Origin: an uncultured Acidobacteriota bacterium
GTDB taxonomy: Bacteria; Acidobacteriota; Vicinamibacteria; Vicinamibacterales; CAVVIG01
DNA length: 64,000 nt
Direction of reading: 5' to 3'
NCBI GenBank assembly: GCA_963821285.1
Contig: CAWGDD010000010.1
Coordinates: 530,715-594,714, forward strand
Shown here piece after piece: positions 10,173 to 19,290 of this stretch. Position numbers and translations under genes: made by a program. The notes beneath the pieces were generated by a model that worked only from the letters and a program-made list of their open reading frames with translations, made no database searches and had not been told where the DNA came from. Position 1 is the first letter of the stretch. The number at the start of each line of letters is the position of its first letter.

Positions 10173-11459
10173 TTACTTGGCCTTGCGTCCGGTCACGTCG
10201 CCTGCCGTCTTCGGATCGGGACGGCCGAACCTGGCGTTGTCGATCGCGACGTTCGGCTCGTAAGCCGTCAGCGTCCAGTCGTCGCGCTCGCTGACCCAGG
10301 CGTAGCCGAATTTGAACGGCATCTTGACGCCCGCGACATCGCGGTAGTCGTCGTAGTCCACCTGCGTCGGGATGCGGCCGACCATCGTGTTCGCGTAGCG
10401 GATGTAGCGCTTCAGCAGGCCCGTCTTCTTGTCGAAGTAGAGCGTGCCGATCATGCCCGTCGGCGTGCTGCCCTGGATGACGTCGACGTCGACACCGTCA
10501 ATCGTCTGGCCGTAGCTGACGCGCCAGGTCGTGAAGAACGGCCGAATCTTCCACGGGAACGCCATGATCGCGTCGAATTTCGCGCCCTCGAGCAGCGTCG
10601 CCGTCAGCGGATACTGCGGCGTGACGGTGAGCGGCAGCTGCCACCACGCGGCGGTGCCGTCGTAGGCCCGGACGACGTCGCCTTCCTGCTGGTGGACGAA
10701 CGTCGCCACGTGCCCGTCAGCTTTCGCGTAGATTTCCGCCGGGTTGCCTTCGCCGACCTCACCGAACAGCAGGCTCTTGCCTTTGGCCGTATAGCTCGTG
10801 AGGGCGTTGACGCGTGCCGCCCCGCCTGAGGCCTCGATGAACCTGGCGAAGATCTGATCGACGGTCTTCGTGGCGTTCGTGTCGCGCACCAGAATGTCCG
10901 GCGGCGTCACCACGGCCTCGCCGTAGGCGAAATCGAGCGGCGGCGTGACGGCGGGGCTCAGATTCCCGCGATGGCAGGTCCAGCACGTCACCACCTGCCG
11001 GCCTCCGAAATTCGTCTTGTTGATGTTCTGCACCATCTGGACCATCGCGCGAGCGGTCCTCTTCCGCGCCGTCTGCGGCGACCCCGTGTCGTCCTCCCAT
11101 TTCGGATCGGACGTGCCGGCGCCGGTGTGGCAGTTGCCGCAGCAGAGGCTGAGCGACGTCGTGAAGACGCCCATCGTGCCCATGAACTCGTCCACCGGGA
11201 TGCCCTTGAGCACCTGGATGTTCTTGAACACGGCTTCCGACATCTGCGGCCGCGCGGTCGCGGCAGCGGCCTGGGCCGCCTGCTTGAGGGCGGGCGCGGC
11301 GTGAAGCGGCACGGCCGTGCCAGGAGCAAACGTCTCGAACGTCGCGCCCGGCGCCGGCGACGGCGCCGGGTGGAGACTTGTTGCGAAGGCGATGCCGGTC
11401 AGCCACGCCACCGTCAGGGCGGTGGACCCGAAGACCAGTCCTTTCGACCAAGACTTCAT
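10173..11459 (-). CDS. c-type cytochrome (photosynthetic-reaction-centre cytochrome-c-like domain) with C-terminal beta-rich LolA-like domain
   Basis: ATG at 11459 is preceded by GAGAGGAGA. Signal/TM MKSWSKGLVFGSTALTVAWLTGIAFA. Heme motifs CGNCH and CWTCH. In the sequence as given it is in frame with actD with no stop between them. Confidence 0.7.
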   Translation of the reverse strand: MKSWSKGLVFGSTALTVAWLTGIAFATSLHPAPSPAPGATFETFAPGTAVPLHAAPALKQAAQAAAATARPQMSEAVFKNIQVLKGIPVDEFMGTMGVFTTSLSLCCGNCHTGAGTSDPKWEDDTGSPQTARKRTARAMVQMVQNINKTNFGGRQVVTCWTCHRGNLSPAVTPPLDFAYGEAVVTPPDILVRDTNATKTVDQIFARFIEASGGAARVNALTSYTAKGKSLLFGEVGEGNPAEIYAKADGHVATFVHQQEGDVVRAYDGTAAWWQLPLTVTPQYPLTATLLEGAKFDAIMAFPWKIRPFFTTWRVSYGQTIDGVDVDVIQGSTPTGMIGTLYFDKKTGLLKRYIRYANTMVGRIPTQVDYDDYRDVAGVKMPFKFGYAWVSERDDWTLTAYEPNVAIDNARFGRPDPKTAGDVTGRKAK

Positions 11460-11472
11460 CGGTGTTCTCCTC

Positions 11473-11999
11473 TCAATGCTCTGAAAGTCGGCGGTCTTCA
11501 CGGCGAGCGCTCCGCCCGCGTCGAGCGCGCGACGGATCGCCTCGGGCGTCCGATCGGCCGCGATCGGGACGCCGACAAGGATCTTGCCGTCCGACACTTC
11601 CGGATCGTACAGCGACTTCGCGCGGCTCGGCAGCCGCGCCGTGACGAGCAGCGACACGACGGTCGTGAGAATCGCCGACAGCATCGTCATCTCGAAGATG
11701 ATAACCAGATACGGCCACCACGCGACGATGGGCATGCCGCCGACGTTGATCGGCCAGGCGCGTGAGGTCCCGGTCACCAGCAGCACCGCGCCGATGAACC
11801 CGAAGAGGCCCCCGACAGCCGCCAGGCGGAACAGCAGGAGCGAGTGATCGCGCTGGCTGAATTCGAACGCCTCGAAGGGCTCGGCCGAGATCACGGTGAT
11901 CTCGTTTTCGGGCACACCGGCCCGCCGGAGCGCCGTGAACGCGCGCTGCGCGGCCGAAGGCTCGGCGTAGAGGCCGTAAACCGCGGTGCTCGAGGCCAT
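11473..11999 (-). CDS. actD: alternative complex III subunit ActD-like (DUF3341-type) membrane protein
   Basis: MASSTAVYGLYAEPSAAQRAFTALRRAGVPENEITVISAEPFEAFEF plus two TM helices. The start overlaps the actC stop. The 3' end is uncertain: the frame reads through into the next gene, and an alternative stop at 11473 is one frame off. Confidence 0.7.
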
Positions 12000-13378
12000 C
12001 AGGGATGCGTCCTCCAGAGCGTCGCCGCTTCGTCCGGCGTCTCGTCAGGCTGGGTCAGCTCGAGTTGCTCGCCCACCTTGAGCTCCCAGATCGAGATGAT
12101 CGGCACGAACTTCGAGAAGAGCGTGTAGAGCAGCCCCATGGCGCCGAACGTCGCGACAAACAGCAGGATTTCCGGCATCCGCGGGCGATAGGACCCCCAC
12201 GAATACGACAGGTATTTGTGGCTCAGCGTCGGCACGATGATGAGGAACCGCTCGAGCCACATGCCGACGACGACGCCGCACGACGCGATGACGCAGCCGG
12301 TCACCGTCCGGAGCTTCCTGAACGACAGGATGCAGAGCGGCGCCACGAAGTTGCACACCACCATCGTCCAGTAGAGCGGCGCGAACGCTCCGGTCTGCGT
12401 GGTCCAGAACACGGACATCTCGGCCGACTCGTTGCCGTACCACGTCGTGAGGCGCTCCGCGAACACGAAGTAGCCCCACAGCAGGCTCATCATGAGGAGG
12501 AGCTTACCGAGGTTCTCGAAGTGCACCGGGTGCAGATAGGCCTCGAGGTGCAGGAACTTCCGGAGCGCGGCCATCGCGATGATGAGCGCGGCGATGCCGC
12601 TGAAGATCGCCCCGGCCACGAAATACGGCCCGAAGATCGTCGAGTGCCACATCGGCACGATGGCCATCGAGAAATCGAACGACACGATCGTGTGCACCGA
12701 GACGGCGACCGGAATGATGGCGATCGCCATGATCTGCATGGCCGTCTCGAGCCGGTGCCATTGCTTCGTGGTGCCTCGCCAGCCGAGCGCCAGCGCGCCG
12801 TACACCTTGCTCCGGAAGCCCGTCGTCCTGTCGCGCACGAGCGCGAAGTCGGGAATCGTCGGCAGGTACAGAAACAGGAGGCTGCCGGTCAGGTACGTCG
12901 AGATGGCGAAGAAGTCCCAGACCAGCGGCGACCGGAAGTTCGGCCAGATCTGCCGCTCGCTCGGATACGGCATCAGCCAGAAGAACAGCCACGGACGGCC
13001 GAGGTGCACGATCGGGAACATCGCGCCGATCATCAGCGCGAAGGCCGTGATCACTTCCGCGCAGCGCGTGACGGGCCGCCGCCACCCGGCGTTGACGAGG
13101 CGCAGGATCGCGGAGATCAGCGTGCCGGCGTGGCTGATGCCGATCCAGAACACGAAGTTGGTGATGTCGAACGCCCAGAACACGGGCCAGTTGAGCCCCC
13201 AGACACCGATCCCGTTGTTGACCTGATAGGCGAACGATCCAACGCCCAGCAGGACGATGCCGCCGAACACGATCACCAGCGCGTAGAACCGCCAGGACGT
13301 CTCGAGGAGCGGACGGAGCAGATCCTCCGTCACGGTCGAGGGCACGCCCGTTGCCGGGCGGGAGGTCGCCCCTGTCAT
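11999..13378 (-). CDS. actC: alternative complex III subunit ActC (NrfD/PsrC-like polytopic membrane protein)
   Basis: Start at the internal Met (MTGATSRP...) overlaps the actB2 stop as ATGA. About 10 TM helices with NrfD-like motifs (WGLNWPVFWAFDITNFVFWIGISHAGT). Intact. Confidence 0.85.
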   Translation of the reverse strand: MTGATSRPATGVPSTVTEDLLRPLLETSWRFYALVIVFGGIVLLGVGSFAYQVNNGIGVWGLNWPVFWAFDITNFVFWIGISHAGTLISAILRLVNAGWRRPVTRCAEVITAFALMIGAMFPIVHLGRPWLFFWLMPYPSERQIWPNFRSPLVWDFFAISTYLTGSLLFLYLPTIPDFALVRDRTTGFRSKVYGALALGWRGTTKQWHRLETAMQIMAIAIIPVAVSVHTIVSFDFSMAIVPMWHSTIFGPYFVAGAIFSGIAALIIAMAALRKFLHLEAYLHPVHFENLGKLLLMMSLLWGYFVFAERLTTWYGNESAEMSVFWTTQTGAFAPLYWTMVVCNFVAPLCILSFRKLRTVTGCVIASCGVVVGMWLERFLIIVPTLSHKYLSYSWGSYRPRMPEILLFVATFGAMGLLYTLFSKFVPIISIWELKVGEQLELTQPDETPDEAATLWRTHP

Positions 13379-14067
13379 GCGGAGGCCTGCGACTTGAGAT
13401 ACGTGACGTTCGGCCGCGTGCCGAGGTCTTCGAGCAGTTTCTCGCCGCGCGCCGACCGCGACAGCCGCGACGCCTGGCTTTCCGGATCGTTCAGGTCGCC
13501 GAACACGATGGCGGTGGCCGGGCACGACTGCGCGCAGGCGGGCTTCAGCTCGCCGTCCTTCATCTCACGGTTTTCGGACCTGGCCAGCTGTGTCGTCGCC
13601 TTGATGCGCTGCACGCAGAACGTGCACTTCTCCATCACGCCCACTTCGCGGACCGAGACGTCCGGGTTGAGCTGGAGATGGAGCGGCTTCTCCCAGATCG
13701 GGTTGAAGAAGTTGAAGAACCGGACGTTGTACGAGCAGGCGTTGGCGCAGTAGCGGGTCCCGATGCAGCGGTTGTAGACCTGCGCGTTGAGCCCTTCTTC
13801 GGTGTGGTGGCTCGCGTAGGTCGGGCACACGGGCTCGCACGGCGCCGCGTCGCACTGCTGGCAGAGCACCGGCCGGAACTTCAGCCGGACGTCGGGGAAC
13901 TCGCCTTCCCAGTACCGTTCGACGCGCAGCCAGTGCATGGCGCGGCCGCGCGCCGCTTCGGCGGCGCCGACGGTCGGGATGTTGTTCTCGGCGTGGCACG
14001 CGACCACGCACGCCTCGCACCCCGTGCAGCGATCCAGGTCGACGACCATTCCCCAGCGGTGTGCCAT
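13375..14067 (-). CDS. actB: alternative complex III subunit ActB2 (4Fe-4S ferredoxin-type iron-sulfur protein)
   Basis: MAHRWGMVVDLDRCTGCEACVVACHAENN..., CQQCDAAPCEPVCP and CIGTRYCANAC are Cys clusters typical of the PsrB/ActB2 Fe-S subunit. Confidence 0.85.
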   Translation of the reverse strand: MAHRWGMVVDLDRCTGCEACVVACHAENNIPTVGAAEAARGRAMHWLRVERYWEGEFPDVRLKFRPVLCQQCDAAPCEPVCPTYASHHTEEGLNAQVYNRCIGTRYCANACSYNVRFFNFFNPIWEKPLHLQLNPDVSVREVGVMEKCTFCVQRIKATTQLARSENREMKDGELKPACAQSCPATAIVFGDLNDPESQASRLSRSARGEKLLEDLGTRPNVTYLKSQASA

Positions 14068-14075
14068 ATGCCTTC

Positions 14076-16317
14076 TCAGCGGTGCGTATGCTCGGCTTCG
14101 GTCAGCGAGCCGCCAAACCGGATCAGGCCGCCGTCGGCCTCGGCGACGCGCGCGATCTTCACGCGGGTCGCCGCCCACGCGAGCGCGCCGGTTTCCGGTT
14201 CGACGACCGGCGCCAGCACCTTCACCGGGTTGCTGCCGCGGCCGCTCGCGTAGCGCGTGAACGTCTCGTGCCCCTGCCCGACCGGCATCGCGAGCACATC
14301 GGGCGCGATACCGGGCGAATGCAGGGCCGGCGCGCGCACCGTGCCGTGCGCCGACGCGATCTCGACGACGTCGCCGTCGCCGATGCCGAGCCGGCCCGCG
14401 GTCTGCGGGTTGATCTCCACCCAGACGCTCCACATCGCCGTGGAGATCGGATCCGGCATCTCCTGCAGCCACGGCAGGTGCGCCAGGGATCCGTCGAGAA
14501 ACGCCTGCGACGCGTACGGCAGGAAATGAAACGGATACTGCGCCGCGTCGCCATCGAACACCGCCTCGCGCACGATCTCTCTTCCCCGTCTGCCCTCTGC
14601 CCTCAGCCTTTGCCCTCTGCCCTTCGCCCTTGCCCTCTGCCCTCTGCCCTGTGCCTTCGCACCCACCCCTGCTTCGTCGCCGTCGCCCAGGCCTCCTCGC
14701 CGATCGTGGCCTGCAGCATCTGATCGAACGACGCCCACGGCAGTTCCGGCTTGATGGGCGACGCGAGTTTCTTCGCGACGTCGAGCAGCACGTCCGGCGT
14801 GGCGCGCGTCTGGTAGAGCGGCTTCATCGCGGGCCCGGCGACCGTCGTCACCGCCACGGTCGCGCCCGACTCGGGCCGCGCGTCGGTCCACGACTCGAGG
14901 AACGCGTGGTCCGGCAGGATGAGGTCGGCGAGCACGCTCGTGTCGTCCACGAAGCTGGCGAAGCTGACGACGAACGGGACCTTGAGGATGGCGTCCTTGA
15001 CGCGCCAGCCGGGCGGCGTGGCGTAGACCGGGTTGACGCGGTCGACGAGCAGCACCTGCACGGGCGGCTTGTCGGCGGCGAGTATGTCCGCGGCGACGGC
15101 GCGCAGCGTCTTCCCGGTGCCGCGAGCCGGCGGAGTCGGCCTGCGGCGTGAACGAGAGACCGCCCGGTGCGCCCACGCTGCCGAGCAGCGCGTTCAGCGC
15201 GTTGACGGCGAGCGCCTGAAACAGACCGTTGGCCTGCGCGAGCGGCGCGCCGCCGATGATGGCCACCGATGGCCGCTGTTCGGCCAGCTCGCGCGCAAGC
15301 CGCTCGACCCGCGCGGCCTTGACGCTCGTCTTCTGCTCGACGGCCTGCGGCGTGTAGTCGGCCAGGCCTCTGGACCACCCGTCGACGAGCGCGCCCGCAC
15401 GGCCGGCCGCATCCGCGGGCCGCAGCTTGTCGCGCATGATCACGTGGGCAAGTCCGAGCGCCAGCACGGCCTCGGTGCCGGGACGAATCGCGACCCATTC
15501 ATCCGCGCTCGCGCCGGTCAGGGACATGCGGGGTTCCACCTGGACGAACGCTCCGCGAATGCCCGGCCGGCCCTGCCGCATGCGACCGTAGGCGCCGGTG
15601 TGCGCGACGGGGCTGTTCCAGGTGCCGAGGAAATCTGCGCCGAACGAGATCGCGTAACGCGAGGCCGCGAGATCGAACGTCGGCAGCTGCGCCGCGGCCG
15701 AAGCTCATCTCGTTCGCGCGCCGCAGGACGTCGTCGCTGAACAGCTCGAACGTCGTGGCCGGCGGCGCGCCGAAACGCGCGAGGAAAAGCGCCGTCAGGT
15801 CGTGGCGCGCGCTCGAACCGGGCCGCGTCCAGCACGCGAGCGCCGGCTGCGTCTTCGACGCGGCGAGCGCGTCGAGCTGGCCGACCAGTTCCGCAATGGC
15901 GGCGTCCCACGTGATCGGCTGGAAATCGTTGCTGCCTCGTGCGCCGCGGCGCTTGAGCGGCTCCTTGATCCGGTCGGGGTGATACGCGATCTGGATGGCC
16001 GCCTGGCCGCGCGGGCAGAGCGTCCCCTGGTTCACCGGGTGCGTCGGGTTGCCCTCGAGCTTCTTCGCCAGGCTCATCGTCACGACGCCGGCCTGACCGC
16101 CGCGCACCGTGTCCACGTCGCCCTGCATCACACGGATGGTCGTCCCGCATCCGGCGTTGCACTGCGGGCACACGCCGTTCTTGATCTCCGCGAGACCCGG
16201 CGTCAGATCCTCGTCGGGCACGAACCGGATGAGCTCGTGCTCCGGGTTGCCGCAGCTCGCGAGCGTGACTGCGCCGCCCGTCACCGCCGTCAGCTTGATG
16301 AAGTTTCGACGATCCAT
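14076..16317 (-). CDS. actB: alternative complex III subunit ActB1 (Tat-exported molybdopterin-oxidoreductase-like), three frame changes
   Basis: Tat signal MDRRNFIKLTAVTGGAVTLASCG. The N-terminal Cys cluster is CPQCNAGCG. Homologous sequence continues across three frames (ORFs 15499..16914, 14076..15581, 14603..15061), with shifts near 15693, 15118 and 14660. Confidence 0.8.
14589..14657. repeat. tandem heptamer repeat W9 (TCTGCCC-like, about 10 units) inside the actB1 coding region
   Basis: The run is TCTGCCC TCTGCCC TCAGCCTT TGCCCTC TGCCCTT CGCCCTT GCCCTC TGCCCTC TGCCCTG TGCC. Period 7 is not a multiple of 3. It is translated as Gly/Arg/Ala-rich filler (GAKAQGRGQRARAKGRGQRLRAEGRRG). A reading-frame change maps to its edge. 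Confidence 0.7.
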
Positions 16318-16331
16318 GGTCTGCGGACGCC

Positions 16332-16914
16332 TCAGAAGTGACACGTGAGGCAGTCGTTCGACGCCTTCCGCTCGCGGTGGCAGTCCACGCAGAACCCCAT
16401 CGAGTGGTTGACCGTCGCGCTCGGCGACCGTCATCTTGGCGACGTCACCGTGGCAGTTCGTGCACTCGACCTTCGCGCGGATGTGCGGCGCGTGGTTGAA
16501 CCGGACGTGTGCTTCGGACGTGAAACCGTAGACCCGCTGCCACGGCAGGTCGATGTTCTTCTTGTAGTAGTCGTTCGTGATCTTCATGATCAGCGGCCGA
16601 TCGGTCGCGATCGAGTCGTGGCAGATCATGCAGGTCTTCACGCTCGGGATGCCGGCGGCCGGCCCCTTCTCCACCGACTCGTGGCACGTCTCCGTGCACT
16701 TGAGCATCGCCTTCTCGACGTGCGTCTGGTGCGGAAACGGGATCGGCTGCTGCGCCGAGGCGCGCATGCCGAAGAATTCGCGCACGGCAGCCATGTTCGT
16801 GGAGTGCGCCGTCGTGAAGATGTTTGCGGCGGGAGGCGCGGGCGTACACGCGGACGCGCACGCCCCGATTCCCAGGATGACTCCCAGACTGATGATCCGG
16901 CAGCGTGCGCGCAT
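16332..16914 (-). CDS. actA: alternative complex III subunit ActA (pentaheme cytochrome c), one frameshift near 16417
   Basis: Heme motifs CTETCH, CMICH and CTNCH lie in the ORF 15499..16914 frame. After a 1-nt shift the true C-terminus appears (TVNHSMGFCVDCHRERKASNDCLTCHF, stop 16332-16334), adding CVDCH and CLTCH. Confidence 0.8.
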
Positions 16915-16923
16915 CCGCCGGGG

Positions 16924-17352
16924 CTACTTCTTCGCGATGCTGTGCAGGTAGTTCACGACATTCCAGATGTCGGTGTCCATCATCTTGGCCTTCATCGGCT
17001 TCATGTCGAACTTCGGGCCGACGCCTTCCTTGATGCTCGTGAAGATCTCGCCGTCGGTCGAACCGTGATCCCAGGTGGCGTCCACCAGGTTGGGCGGATG
17101 CGTGTCTTTCGGCGCGAGCGCGCCGTTCCCCGTCGCGTCTTCGGCGTGGCAGAACTTGCAGTACTTGCCGTACGCCGTTTTCCCGGCAGCAATCGATTCG
17201 GGCGACGACTTCACCGGGTTCTTGATCTTGGCCGCCTCGGCGTTCTTGACACCCTGCGCGCTGGCGGACACGGCGAGTGAGACGACAAAAGCGGCGGTCG
17301 CCGCAACGATGATCGGTCGCGAAACGCGGATCCTGTGGGCGAAACTAGACAC
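16924..17352 (-). CDS. monoheme c-type cytochrome
   Basis: GTG start at 17350-17352 is preceded by AGGAGGAG. Signal peptide present, heme motif CKFCH. Confidence 0.75.
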   Translation of the reverse strand: MSSFAHRIRVSRPIIVAATAAFVVSLAVSASAQGVKNAEAAKIKNPVKSSPESIAAGKTAYGKYCKFCHAEDATGNGALAPKDTHPPNLVDATWDHGSTDGEIFTSIKEGVGPKFDMKPMKAKMMDTDIWNVVNYLHSIAKK

Positions 17353-17381
17353 GAAATCTCCTCCTGTTCGGCGCTCGGATT

Positions 17382-17768
17382 CTACTCCACTGTCCCCGAT
17401 GAACGCCACGGCGCGCCGTTCAGGGTGACCGCACAGCGCCGGCACAATCCGCTCGCTGTACCGGCGCGCGACGGACGCACCGTCATCACCACGTGGTCGC
17501 CGGGCCGCAGCGACGTTTTCGTCCAGCCGTCGGCGGAGAGCGCGCTCGGACTGCCCAGTTCGACCGTGTACGTCCGGCCGGCGAACGCGCCGCTGGCGAC
17601 GTCGATGTATACGTGGCAGTGCGGGTTCGTCCATGCGAAGCCGGCCACCCGGCCTTTGACAGCGACGGTTTCGTCGGCCGCGTACGTCGCGGCCGCGCTG
17701 TGATGCGCCGAAGCGGTCGACGCAGCGGCGAGTGACATCACGACCGCCCACGCCGGCAGCTGGCTCAC
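17382..17768 (-). CDS. small secreted protein, DUF6152-like, copy 2
   Basis: Signal peptide ends ...ASTASA, followed by HHSAAATYA. WTNPH motif. It sits between two cytochrome c genes directly upstream of actA. Confidence 0.7.
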   Translation of the reverse strand: MSQLPAWAVVMSLAAASTASAHHSAAATYAADETVAVKGRVAGFAWTNPHCHVYIDVASGAFAGRTYTVELGSPSALSADGWTKTSLRPGDHVVMTVRPSRAGTASGLCRRCAVTLNGAPWRSSGTVE

Positions 17769-17778
17769 CGCGTCCCGC

Positions 17779-18213
17779 TTACTTCGGCTCCGACATCTTC
17801 ACGGTCTTCAGCGTCGCGGCGGTCGTCGGCAGCGGCGCCTTGCCCGCGGGGTACTTGTTGACGCTCAGTACGTATGCCATCACGTCCGCATACTGATCGG
17901 CCTTGAGCGTGCCCGGCGCGTTGGACGGCATGTCCATCGAGATCTTGTCGAAGAGCTCGGCGGCGGTCATGCCCTTCCAGCCGTTGATGAAATCCTTACC
18001 CGAAATCGCCGGGCCTCCCGTGCTGGAGCCTTCCAGCTTATCGCCGTGGCAGATGGCGCAGGAGTCGGCGTAGACCTTCTCCCCGCGTTTCGCCTGCTCG
18101 TCGGCGTAGATGCCGTCGGCGGCGGTCGCCGGCGCCTGCGCGCGGGCGGTCGAAAACCCGACCGTAAACGTCGTAATTGCAAGGACTAGGAGGCCGGACG
18201 GTATGCGCTTCAT
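17779..18213 (-). CDS. monoheme c-type cytochrome
   Basis: 144 aa with a signal peptide and heme motif CAICH. Confidence 0.8.
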   Translation of the reverse strand: MKRIPSGLLVLAITTFTVGFSTARAQAPATAADGIYADEQAKRGEKVYADSCAICHGDKLEGSSTGGPAISGKDFINGWKGMTAAELFDKISMDMPSNAPGTLKADQYADVMAYVLSVNKYPAGKAPLPTTAATLKTVKMSEPK

Positions 18214-18256
18214 ACCGTTATTTTACTTACGAGGAGGTCAAACCATTTACATGTGA

Positions 18257-19174
18257 TTACCGGGAGGACATCGAGAAACGGACCAGGACGTCCTCGACGA
18301 AATCCGCCACGATCTGCTGCTCGGGGCTCACGAACCGGAGGGTCGTGACGCTCAGCGCGCCCTCGCGGTGCTCCTTCTCGCTGACGGGCCGCCCGAACGA
18401 GAGCTCGGCCTCTTCGCGGGTCATGCCCTTGTGGGGCGCGACGGTCTGCACGACGGGAACATCGCGATCGTCGGGATCGTCCCGGTCGTCACGCGTCTGC
18501 ACGGGAACGGCCGGGTGGTAGCCGAGCGACGAGAAGTCCACGAACTCGGCCAGCGCCGCCATCACCTCGTCCGGCTTGATGCCGGACGGCACCGCGCCGC
18601 GGTAGCGGAGGTTGAAGCGCGAGCCGCCCTTCCTCCGGCGCTCGTCCAGCAACTCACGCTTACGGTCTTCAGCGGCGGCACGCTCGACGTCGATGCGGCG
18701 ATTCTTCCGCTCGCGGCGCTCGCGCAGTTCGTCGCGTTCGTGCTCGAGGCGGCGGCGCTCGTGCGAATCGTCTTCTTCCTTGATCAGCCGGTCGAGTTCG
18801 CGCTCGCGGCTGGTCGGCTCGACGTACGGGATGCTGACCGACGTGCTGGTGTCGTCGCCGAACGTGCCGTAGCCGCCGCCATTCAGCTGGAACTCGATGT
18901 GGTCGCCCTTGATTTTGACGAGCGTCACCGTCGCGGACTGGCGCGAGTGGATGGCGGTTCCGTAGAGCTTCAGGCGCTCGCCGTACTGCCGGTAATCGAG
19001 AGCGCTGCTCGAGTCGGCCTGCACGTCGATGCCGTCGGAGGTGCCGGGCATGTCGATTGCGAGGGTGACGCGGCGGCCTTCGAAGAACGACCGCAGGCCC
19101 GCTTCGTCCTGCGCGGCGACAGGCGTTCCACAGGCCAGGACGAAGGCGACGGCAACGAAGGCGCGACGTGACAT
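18257..19174 (-). CDS. secreted hypothetical protein with highly charged coiled-coil-like segment
   Basis: 305 aa with a signal peptide. The central stretch is RERELDRLIKEEDDSHERRRLEHERDELRERRERKNRRIDVERAAAEDRKRELLDERRRK. No domain recognised. Confidence 0.55.
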   Translation of the reverse strand: MSRRAFVAVAFVLACGTPVAAQDEAGLRSFFEGRRVTLAIDMPGTSDGIDVQADSSSALDYRQYGERLKLYGTAIHSRQSATVTLVKIKGDHIEFQLNGGGYGTFGDDTSTSVSIPYVEPTSRERELDRLIKEEDDSHERRRLEHERDELRERRERKNRRIDVERAAAEDRKRELLDERRRKGGSRFNLRYRGAVPSGIKPDEVMAALAEFVDFSSLGYHPAVPVQTRDDRDDPDDRDVPVVQTVAPHKGMTREEAELSFGRPVSEKEHREGALSVTTLRFVSPEQQIVADFVEDVLVRFSMSSR

Positions 19175-19267
19175 CAGATCCTCCGGATCGTCTATCGGCC
19201 CGGCGGATCTGATTGTTGAGGTGAGGTTCGCGGCGATGCGCGCCGCTGCACGGTTGCGATCACGAAA

Positions 19268-19290
19268 CGTCCGGCGTAGCCGGACGCTAC
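19268..19290 (-). repeat. REP element, variant stem (GTAGCGTCCGGC-TAC-GCCGGACG on the minus strand)
   Basis: The plus strand reads CGTCCGGCGTAGCCGGACGCTAC. It overlaps the stop of the hydrolase gene at 19287. Confidence 0.65.

Noticed and set aside
18214-18256. AT-rich spacer upstream of the first cytochrome of the ACIII-like operon, with TTGACC and TAAAAT boxes on the minus strand, as a sigma-70 promoter or leaderless start.
   Set aside because: The spacing between the two boxes is only about 10 nt, and the -10-like box is 5 nt from the ATG. No consistent -35/-10 geometry could be built, so I did not call a promoter.
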